DNA from: Bacilli bacterium
GTDB taxonomy: Bacteria; Bacillota_I; Bacilli_A; RFN20; CAG-826
Length of the DNA stretch: 64,000 nt
Reading direction: 5' to 3'
Assembly (NCBI GenBank): GCA_017447305.1
Contig: JAFSNY010000042.1
Coordinates: forward strand, 8,435 to 72,434
Made by a program: the position numbers and the translations under genes. How positions within the stretch are numbered: the first letter of the stretch is position 1; every line of letters begins with the position of its first letter. Positions 56,308 through 64,000 of the stretch are shown piece after piece. Under the pieces are notes generated by a model, which saw nothing but the letters and a program-made list of their open reading frames with translations, searched no databases and was not told where the DNA came from.

Positions 56308-59220
56308 CTATTTGTTGTTCAAATGTTTTTTGTTGATATAGAAGTATAAAGAGATACTCGCAATCGAAATAAGTGATACAACAATGATAATCGTATAACT
56401 AGTGTCGGTTTCCGTAATTTTACTAATAAGATTGGAGTATGAGCGATTTCTTACAATGTAGTCGCCATTAGATAGGACAACTTCTTTTCCTTGATTTAGA
56501 GCCCACGCTTCAAATCTTAATCTCGCATTTTCAATGACATAATTATTTGAGGTCATAAACGCTAAGCGAGAAGAACTACTCATATTGTTAAAAAGAATAA
56601 TCGCTGGATTAAGTTTGCTTGTGCATTGATTATTCGTATCTTCAAACATGATGTAGTTAGCAAGATTACTTTCGCTTACTTCACCATGCAAAGAGAAGGA
56701 AATGCTCATGATGTTTGAATAGTAACTTGATGATGTGGTATACGCTATCTTGAAGTAACGATATCCACCTTTTTCACATTCACTAGAAGAATAAGGTGTA
56801 TCAAAATCCTCTCCATCCTTACTGATGAATAATTGAGCGTCACTTCTTCCGCCCGCTTTTTGAGCGATTTCTAACCCAACGATATCGTGATCAAAAGCGT
56901 TAGAATTATAGATATATCCCGCACTCTTTCCAAAAGAAAGATACGCACTACTATAGATGTATGCATTTGTCGAAACAGTGAAATCAATATCATCAATTTT
57001 TACACTTGTGGAGCTAGGTGTTCCACTACTCTTAGAGATAGTTGAAGAAGCAAATTCAGCAGAAGAGAAAGAAAGGGATTCTGGCTCTATTTCACTGAAA
57101 GCTTCTCTCATGACGGAGACTTCGAGGGTTGTTTCTAATTCGCTATATCTGATAGTAAATTCTTTTGATGTTGCTTCTCCTCCACTAGCAGCGTCACTAT
57201 AAGTGAATTGATATCCATTGTTTGTGAAAGTGAAGTCATTAATATCATTACCGAAGTTATCAATGACAGTAATATCACTCTTACTGATGGTCTCTCCTAC
57301 CACATATGTCTTTTCAACGGATGCGGTAATCGATGTAGGAACCTTTGGTAATGTCGAATGATATGTAACAGAAATACTTGTAAATTTTACTTGTCCATTG
57401 GTCGCAGATGTTGTATTACCGACATGGAAAGTCACACTTGAACCACTGATAGATTGAGATGATCCACTTGCAACTGTTTCATTACTAGAATCAAGAAGGA
57501 TTCCATCATTTGCTGTAGTGTAGTTAAATGTAACACTATCGAGTTCATAGTTTGTCGCTGCGCTAATCACAATACTTGCTGATTCTGATTGATAGAATCT
57601 CCAGTCATTACCGTTCGTATAGTATTTTCCCGTATTGCTTCCACCATTTCCTACGGAAGCTGTAATAATTGAATCAAGCGATACACTCGTATATTTTTGT
57701 GCATTTGTCCAACTATTATCGCTTGCATATGAGGAGATAGATTTGGTAACAGCGATGGTATCTCCTTCGATAACAGTGACATCACAAGTATCGGTAAAAC
57801 TTCCATCATGAGTCGTAACGGTAATTGTTGCTTCACCAGTAGCAACACCAGTGACCGTGCCATTACTTACTGTTGCCACAGAAGTGTTACTTGATGACCA
57901 AGTCACCGCTTGATCAGAAGCATTAGCAGGAGAAATGGAAACTGCTAATGTTTTATTTTGTCCAACTTCCACGGTCAATGTTGATTTATCTAAAGATACA
58001 CTAGTAACGTTTACACCTGCATCGGAAGAATATCCGTTGATGGTGTCGGTTGATGGAGTGGCGTATCCCGTTGGGGTGCTACTATATGAAACAAAAGTAT
58101 TTCCACTATAAGTGGCGGTGCCCCAAATATAATCAACCCATTCTGGGAAATCGATGAATGGATTTCTATTATTGGTGAAGTTTTTATATAAAAGATTGTT
58201 ACGATGGATTTCAAATTCATCAACCGGGTCAGCGTGATGCCAGGCTAATAAATCGGTGAGAATACCAATCTTTCCTGTTGTTGAAGTTGTTGATTGATAT
58301 CCTGAACTTGCCCATGAAGTAACATTATTAACAATTTCAAGGTTTGGGTTATTGGAGTCAATTCCATCACTATCACTGCCTGAATAATAATTATATCTCG
58401 CGGCCATATAGAAGATGGAACGAGCGATATCACCTTTATCGGAATCTTGAGGTTCAAAGACAGTTTTACCGCCTTTAGTTTTTGATAATCCTGAAAGATT
58501 TCCACTTAAATTCGTATAAGTATTGCCCATATCTGTATAGTTAGGGTCGTTTACTGTATCGACATAGCCATAGTAATAATTACTATGCTGGTTATTGACT
58601 TTGCCGTTTCCAGCCATGAGGTGCATTGGATCGCCTCTCGCGCCTCCGCTGCCACTATCTTCAAAACCTAACGCTTTAGGCCAAACGTGTTCTCTGTTTA
58701 TGCCCCATTGACTTTGATTATGGTCATCCCATGCGGTTGTTTGATTATCGACATTTCTATTAACGTATAAAGCGTGGATATAGGGATTATTCTTTGAATT
58801 AGATGAACTTGATCCATATGTATATCCAGTTATAGTGTTTGTTTTGACATTATATGTTCCATATGTCGTTCCACTAGCAGGAGATTTTTCCCAGTCACGA
58901 TCTGTGATTTCATATATTCTCCAAACGTTCGTGCCGTTTTCATAAGAATAATATTTTTGTCCATTTTTTAAGATGGTTTTAAGATTCTTTAAAAGATTAG
59001 TGCCTTGCCTTTCTGATGTTGATAAGCTAGACAACGATGAATAATAACTTCTAATGTCAGAAGAACTAGTATCGTTTAAGTCTATTGTGGTGGGAAGAGA
59101 AGATGCATCGTAAGCATCAACTTTTACCTTCCCGGTGTTTTTTGAATTAATGGCTAACGCGATAGATAAAAAAGGAAGCGTTAGCAACGCTGGTGTTAAT
59201 TTTATTATTTTTGTTCTCAT
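56308..59220 (-). CDS. Surface-anchored extracellular nuclease: an endonuclease I (EndA/Vvn-like) domain plus Big_2 Ig-like domains and a C-terminal transmembrane anchor
   Basis: Catalytic motifs NREHVWPKA and DPMHLMAGNGKVNNQHSN match the EndA/Vvn active site. A Big_2 repeat and a C-terminal hydrophobic helix follow. I prefer the ATG at 59220 (MRTKIIKL..., a good signal peptide). The ORF-track start at 59256 is a TTG. Confidence 0.65.
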   Translation of the reverse strand: MRTKIIKLTPALLTLPFLSIALAINSKNTGKVKVDAYDASSLPTTIDLNDTSSSDIRSYYSSLSSLSTSERQGTNLLKNLKTILKNGQKYYSYENGTNVWRIYEITDRDWEKSPASGTTYGTYNVKTNTITGYTYGSSSSNSKNNPYIHALYVNRNVDNQTTAWDDHNQSQWGINREHVWPKALGFEDSGSGGARGDPMHLMAGNGKVNNQHSNYYYGYVDTVNDPNYTDMGNTYTNLSGNLSGLSKTKGGKTVFEPQDSDKGDIARSIFYMAARYNYYSGSDSDGIDSNNPNLEIVNNVTSWASSGYQSTTSTTGKIGILTDLLAWHHADPVDEFEIHRNNLLYKNFTNNRNPFIDFPEWVDYIWGTATYSGNTFVSYSSTPTGYATPSTDTINGYSSDAGVNVTSVSLDKSTLTVEVGQNKTLAVSISPANASDQAVTWSSSNTSVATVSNGTVTGVATGEATITVTTHDGSFTDTCDVTVIEGDTIAVTKSISSYASDNSWTNAQKYTSVSLDSIITASVGNGGSNTGKYYTNGNDWRFYQSESASIVISAATNYELDSVTFNYTTANDGILLDSSNETVASGSSQSISGSSVTFHVGNTTSATNGQVKFTSISVTYHSTLPKVPTSITASVEKTYVVGETISKSDITVIDNFGNDINDFTFTNNGYQFTYSDAASGGEATSKEFTIRYSELETTLEVSVMREAFSEIEPESLSFSSAEFASSTISKSSGTPSSTSVKIDDIDFTVSTNAYIYSSAYLSFGKSAGYIYNSNAFDHDIVGLEIAQKAGGRSDAQLFISKDGEDFDTPYSSSECEKGGYRYFKIAYTTSSSYYSNIMSISFSLHGEVSESNLANYIMFEDTNNQCTSKLNPAIILFNNMSSSSRLAFMTSNNYVIENARLRFEAWALNQGKEVVLSNGDYIVRNRSYSNLISKITETDTSYTIIIVVSLISIASISLYFYINKKHLNNK

Positions 59221-59324
59221 ACCTTGTATTATATTTATAATACGTTTGATATGCAAAAAGATTTATGGATTCTCATCCAAGATTTCATACATAAAAAGGA
59301 AATTAAGTAAGATTTAATGAGAAA

Positions 59325-60473
59325 TTATGATTTTGGATTAAGTCGATAATACTTCTCAAAGAATAATTTTTGATATTGACTAGCATTAAGTTTTAAAGAA
59401 CCTGGATTAATAGAAGATGATGTTCCACCACTATAGGATTCCGTTCCTTCTTTGACTCCATTAAGTTTGATATATAAGTCATTAAACCAATCACCAATTT
59501 TCGATAAGAGGTCATGTTTTTTCCAATAATCGATTGAATGATTAACCGCGATAGCGTACCGATTATCATATTTAATAACCTTCGCTCTATCTTCATCTTT
59601 CATATATCCTTTAGAGGTTAATCTACTAATTTGATAAAAATACATTGAATAAGCGGAGAATCTTAGATAGATATTATCACTATTTAGACAAACATAAAAA
59701 GCGACTTGATTAGCTTCATCTTCCCTGATGACACCTTTGGTGTGCGCTAACTCATGGGCGATAACAAATGGTATTTCTACGTTGGTGGCTAGATAGTTGA
59801 TGTTTGCTTCATTTAGTGATGAAAAAGTCACTCCGGTAATTTGAAGTTCACGATAGACAAAAGAGGTTAACATCGGTTTCGCTCTGACAGCGACTCTATG
59901 AAAATATTTATCCTTAATTTTAGTGTATTCTTTTTCCACTAGTTTGGAGATCTGAGGAATAGTGAGATTTGTTTTAACATCTCCGTTACTTATGAACTCT
60001 AGTTGATCAACGCAGTTATTTAAATCGGTTACGAAATAATTGTGAATGTCAATAAATTCATCATTTTCAACTTGCGTCTCATAAAATGGAAGTGCGACAG
60101 GTTTACGATTGTAAGCAAAGCCACAAGCAAAGAAATAATTCGTGACGATGCTCATGACAATTAAAGGGATAGCAATCACTCTTGAGATAGCTTTGTTATA
60201 TTTCTTTTTCCTTAGATCCTTAACAATAAGAACGATTAATAAAATGATGAACGCTCCGGTGCTGATGAAGAATAATTCCGTTAAAGAAAAGGGAATCACT
60301 CTTGTTAAAGAACCCATCGCTTCCATATACCATCTTGCGGGATATAAACTCCACCATTCCGAAATATCCTGATTTAATCTTAAAAGACAAAATAAGACTA
60401 AAAGGAAGATGAGACTTAGTAAGGCCACACATTCCCAAAAGATAAGCATATGATTTTTGAAAAACTTAATCAT
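59325..60473 (-). CDS. Membrane protein with an HExxH motif (putative Zn-metallopeptidase, DUF3810-like)
   Basis: N-terminal transmembrane helices and a VIAHELAHTKG zincin-like motif. Confidence 0.45.
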   Translation of the reverse strand: MIKFFKNHMLIFWECVALLSLIFLLVLFCLLRLNQDISEWWSLYPARWYMEAMGSLTRVIPFSLTELFFISTGAFIILLIVLIVKDLRKKKYNKAISRVIAIPLIVMSIVTNYFFACGFAYNRKPVALPFYETQVENDEFIDIHNYFVTDLNNCVDQLEFISNGDVKTNLTIPQISKLVEKEYTKIKDKYFHRVAVRAKPMLTSFVYRELQITGVTFSSLNEANINYLATNVEIPFVIAHELAHTKGVIREDEANQVAFYVCLNSDNIYLRFSAYSMYFYQISRLTSKGYMKDEDRAKVIKYDNRYAIAVNHSIDYWKKHDLLSKIGDWFNDLYIKLNGVKEGTESYSGGTSSSINPGSLKLNASQYQKLFFEKYYRLNPKS

Positions 60474-60529
60474 GTCGTCATTATATCTTTTTTTAACAAA
60501 AACTCACACCTCAAGATGCGAGTTGATTG

Positions 60530-61165
60530 TTAAATATTTTTGAATGCAATGTTTTGGACGTATCGACACACTTCTCTGCAGCGGTCTGATACTTCTTCCA
60601 AGAGGGAATATATCGTTTCCCATTTCTTAATCTTTAATGCATCCTTTTCATTTTTATAAAGAGTATGTACATATTCTATATACATTGTATCTGATTGTTC
60701 TTCTAAATGGACGACTTCACGGATATATGAGCTGATGACATCCTTTTCTAAATAATCAGGAAATTTTTTCAAACATTCTTCGGTTTTTCTCATACATTCA
60801 AGGGTAAGTTCGGTGAATTCCACAGTATGAGGGGGCAACTCTTGATAATCATATAAGAAGAGTTTTAATGATATTTCTTCAATCGCATCGGTGACATCAT
60901 CGATTAATCTTAATAATTCAAAGATATCTTCTCGATCAATTGGAGTCATGAATTCCGTGAAAAGTTTTTGTGTCACTTGATGTTTCAAGTCATCAGCTTG
61001 GTGTTCCACTTGGTGGACACTGGTTTTGATATATTCTAACTTACTTGGATCAAAATTCTTCATGAAATCTAAAATCATCTCTCCACATATAACGGAAAAA
61101 TGAGATAGCTGCGGGAATGAATCAAAATAGTAATTTGATTTGTTTGCTTTTTTCTTTTTAAACAT
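60530..61165 (-). CDS. DUF47/PhoU-like protein (Pit accessory protein)
   Basis: 211-aa helical protein directly downstream of the PiT transporter gene, the conserved pairing for DUF47 proteins. Confidence 0.6.
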   Translation of the reverse strand: MFKKKKANKSNYYFDSFPQLSHFSVICGEMILDFMKNFDPSKLEYIKTSVHQVEHQADDLKHQVTQKLFTEFMTPIDREDIFELLRLIDDVTDAIEEISLKLFLYDYQELPPHTVEFTELTLECMRKTEECLKKFPDYLEKDVISSYIREVVHLEEQSDTMYIEYVHTLYKNEKDALKIKKWETIYSLLEEVSDRCREVCRYVQNIAFKNI

Positions 61166-61177
61166 CTTCGTATCCTC

Positions 61178-62281
61178 CTAATGACACGTCCAGACAAATA
61201 TCATCACTAATAAGAAACCAACGAGCGCGGAAAACGGGAAGGAAATAAATCCCCACATAATCATCTTGCCAGCAACTTTCCATTTTACTCTTCTAAAAGA
61301 CCTAGCCGCTCCACCACCTAAAATGGCTGTGCTTTTCACTGTTCCTGTTGAAACAGGAAGACCAAAGATGGTCGCTGCTAATAAACCAAGGGAAGCGGCA
61401 ATGTCGGTAGCAAAGCCTTGGTATTTCTTTAATACTGCCATTCCTCTACCCATTGTTTTGATAATACCATATCCACCCATCAATGTTCCGACAAACATCA
61501 TGATGGTAACAGGAACATAAATCCACCACACTCCATCTAAGGAGATTAATAATTCTGTATAATTACCACCAGTTGACGCGCCAAGAGTGGCTGCGATGAT
61601 GATAAAAACGCCAATGAATTTCGCGCCATCTTGAATTCCGTGCATAAATGACATAAGCGCACTGGTAACAATTTGACCACGAGTGAAGAATCTTGTGGTT
61701 CTACCTTTATTCATCTTTCTACATATTACTTGTATTAATAAGGTTATAAGGTAACCGAGAATAAATCCTAAGACTAAAGATCCGACGAAACCGATGATAA
61801 CTTTAATCCACGGAGTGATTCCTAATTGACTTCCACATCCAATAGCGATTAACGCTAATCCCGCACCACTGATACCTCCAATCAAGCAGTTTGATTGAGA
61901 TGATGGGAATTTGAAATACGTGCAAACGAGCGAGACTACGACAATAGCGAGCAATCCACACGTGATAGCGCATAATATTTGATCGGTAGAAGCATTACCC
62001 CAGGAGATTAAGTCCGCGATTGTTTGAGAGACATCTCCTCCCACTAACTTGGAGATAAATGAAGCAAAGATACCAATAACGATAACACCAAGAAGATTGC
62101 CAATAGCGCACATTATTACCGCGGCTTTAGGTCTAATTGCTCTTGTTGTTACTGCGGTTGCGATAGCGTTAGGCCCATCCGTCCAGCCATTAACAAAAAC
62201 AACTCCGAGATTTGCGATAAAAGCAATATACCCCCAAGGATGAGAATTACACGCTCTAAAGAAATCGAGAATTGTTTCCAT
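61178..62281 (-). CDS. Inorganic phosphate transporter, PiT family
   Basis: PiT signatures NGWTDGPNAIATAVTTRAI and GTLMGGYGIIKTMG, with about 10 transmembrane helices. Confidence 0.85.
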   Translation of the reverse strand: METILDFFRACNSHPWGYIAFIANLGVVFVNGWTDGPNAIATAVTTRAIRPKAAVIMCAIGNLLGVIVIGIFASFISKLVGGDVSQTIADLISWGNASTDQILCAITCGLLAIVVVSLVCTYFKFPSSQSNCLIGGISGAGLALIAIGCGSQLGITPWIKVIIGFVGSLVLGFILGYLITLLIQVICRKMNKGRTTRFFTRGQIVTSALMSFMHGIQDGAKFIGVFIIIAATLGASTGGNYTELLISLDGVWWIYVPVTIMMFVGTLMGGYGIIKTMGRGMAVLKKYQGFATDIAASLGLLAATIFGLPVSTGTVKSTAILGGGAARSFRRVKWKVAGKMIMWGFISFPFSALVGFLLVMIFVWTCH

Positions 62282-62596
62282 ACCTACAACTAATTATAAT
62301 AACAAAGATTATTTTATAAAAAAATAAACAATATTTGCATATCATTCAAAAAAAGAGATAAAAATAGGTTATGTAGAAAAGATAAGCGATTATTTAGAAA
62401 ACGAAAATAACGGGGGATGTATGCATAAAAAATATGAAGGGATGTATATCAAATTTTGAAAAACAAATACATCTAATATGTCGATTTTTAGCCTTTTTTT
62501 CGTAAAAAGAAGGGGGATATATATCATTTTTTTTAAAAAACAATTTAATTGTTTGAGAAATGTTCTATAATAAGCATAACTAAGGAGGATTTTTTT

Positions 62597-63778
62597 ATGA
62601 AAAATCGCAGCGAAAGAAAGGCCGCAGTTAAGTTAACTATTTTTGGTTGTATTTTTGCTTTCCTTTGTGTTTTACTTACTGGATTCATCGGAATTAGTAA
62701 CAGATCACAAGGTTTCAGAAACGCCATGGCCGATTATTGGAACATTTGGATGCCATCAAAGATCCATTCACCACTATCATATTTCTGCTTAGTGCTTTTA
62801 CTATTTGACATCTGCTTATTAATCGCATTAATCGTTATGTCAATTGCCAAGAGAAAAGGACATTTAGTCGTTGCAGCATTTGGTTTATTCCTTGCTGTCG
62901 CCTTCATTCCTTTCTTACTCTTATTCATCGTTCCACAAGCTGAACAAGGAAATATGGGAAGACTTGCACTTTACACATTAAGTGGTGCATCAATTATGTT
63001 AGCGTTTGCTATCGTCTTATTCTTCATTGCTCTTAAACCATTATTCAACGCTGGTGTTGGTGTCATCACTAGCATGGGTGGTAAGGTTGACGAAGAAGCT
63101 GCTGCTGGTAATGGATTAACCGAAGGTGAAGTCCGTGCTATCGTCAGTGAATACTTGCAAGCTCACAAAGAAGAACTCCATAAGGGTGGCGCTGTTGTTG
63201 CAGCTGAAGAAGAACCTAAAGAAGAGGCCGTCGAAGAAGTCAAAGAAGAAGAACCAGTTGAAGAAGCTGAGGAAGTCGAAGAGGCTGAAGAAGCCGAAGT
63301 TGATGAAGACGGCGACGAAGTCGAAGAAGTCGAAGAAGTCCAAGCTGATGGTACTGTTCTCAAGATTAAGAGAAAGAAGAGAGTTCCATTTGAAACTCGT
63401 TTAAAGAAGAGTGTCTTCGATCTCAGGCACAAATATTATGATCTCCGTGATTATATTAAATGGTATGGAATTAAGAATAGAATCTCCATCCCAGGCGATA
63501 CCTTCTCATTAAAGAGAAAGAAATATGCCTTTATCACCATCGTTGGTAAACACATCAAATTATACGCCGCGATTGATCCAGCTAAATATGAAGATTCACC
63601 AATCCCAGTCGAAAAAGCCACTGCTAAACGTTATGAAGAGACACCATGTGTCTTAAGAGTTAAATCCGACTTATCATATCGTAGAGCGAAAATGATCATC
63701 GATGATGTCATGGCAGCTGCTGGTATTGAAAAGCCAGAAGGACCAGAGCCAAAAGAGACTCAACATCCAGAAGCATAA
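62597..63778 (+). CDS. Hypothetical membrane protein with an acidic EEE/EEV repeat region and a conserved C-terminal domain
   Basis: I trimmed the start to the ATG at 62597, which has a TAAGGAGG RBS 8 nt upstream. Four transmembrane helices are followed by a Glu-rich low-complexity segment and a ~140-aa C-terminal domain. Confidence 0.5.
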   Translation: MKNRSERKAAVKLTIFGCIFAFLCVLLTGFIGISNRSQGFRNAMADYWNIWMPSKIHSPLSYFCLVLLLFDICLLIALIVMSIAKRKGHLVVAAFGLFLAVAFIPFLLLFIVPQAEQGNMGRLALYTLSGASIMLAFAIVLFFIALKPLFNAGVGVITSMGGKVDEEAAAGNGLTEGEVRAIVSEYLQAHKEELHKGGAVVAAEEEPKEEAVEEVKEEEPVEEAEEVEEAEEAEVDEDGDEVEEVEEVQADGTVLKIKRKKRVPFETRLKKSVFDLRHKYYDLRDYIKWYGIKNRISIPGDTFSLKRKKYAFITIVGKHIKLYAAIDPAKYEDSPIPVEKATAKRYEETPCVLRVKSDLSYRRAKMIIDDVMAAAGIEKPEGPEPKETQHPEA

Positions 63779-64000
63779 TAACTTCAGTTATTAATTAAAT
63801 GTGGGGCTGTTGAAAAACCCAAACGGTGAATACCGGCTCCTTTTGTTTTGCTTAATTAACCTTCATAATGCTTAATGTTTTTATCCAACAATGGAACATT
63901 GTTGAAAAACCTACTTCTTTTCATATTGAGCATTATTTATTTTAATACCCTTTTTAGTTAAGCGCCTCCAACTTGGCTTTTTAAATTCTTCTCTTTCTAA

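Noticed and set aside
63126-63432. Overlapping Lys-rich (+) and Ser-rich (-) ORFs
   Set aside because: These are frame-shifted readings of the GAA/GAG repeat region inside the 62597-63778 gene.

Overview
This is a low-GC (roughly 30% GC) bacterial chromosomal segment that uses the standard genetic code. Most genes lie on the minus strand, in long co-directional runs. Many predicted products are lipoproteins: a signal peptide ending in Cys, followed by an acidic (S/P)EEES-type low-complexity linker. That pattern, together with the metabolism below, suggests a Mollicutes/Acholeplasma-like or Erysipelotrichia-like organism, but this is an inference.

Recognisable housekeeping genes:
- enolase (eno)
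- the Hsp90 chaperone HtpG, with a CIRCE-like operator upstream
- an amino-sugar operon: HTH-fused glmM, a hexapeptide-repeat acetyltransferase, and nagB
- a spermidine/putrescine ABC transporter (potABCD)
- a carbohydrate ABC transporter with two paralogous lipoprotein substrate-binding proteins and an ATPase carrying a large inserted domain
- adenosine deaminase (add)
- mscL
- an anaerobic ribonucleotide reductase: nrdD carrying a C-terminal glutaredoxin-like domain, an adjacent trxB-like reductase, and a convergent nrdG
- class II fructose-bisphosphate aldolase
- a family-3 (GH3) beta-glucosidase
- a PiT phosphate transporter with its DUF47 partner
- two minus-strand tRNA clusters (Met/Ile-CAT, Ala, Pro; and Cys, Arg) with clear sigma70-type promoters

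Accessory content:
- Extracellular nucleic-acid scavenging: an SNase-like nuclease lipoprotein, an endonuclease-I-like nuclease with bacterial Ig-like (Big_2) domains in an operon with a purine permease, and a 5'-nucleotidase-family lipoprotein.
- A GGDEF(degenerate)/EAL c-di-GMP protein.
- A membrane protein with a Rossmann-like fold and a C-terminal RyR domain.
- Tandem RDD-family paralogues.

The most unusual locus is at 23.9-24.45 kb. It is a tandem pair of very short hydrophobic peptide ORFs, each followed by a conserved hairpin and a conserved ~65-nt element. I read this as candidate type I toxin-antitoxin-like, or otherwise undescribed, small-peptide/sRNA modules.

I found no CRISPR arrays, transposases or integrases.
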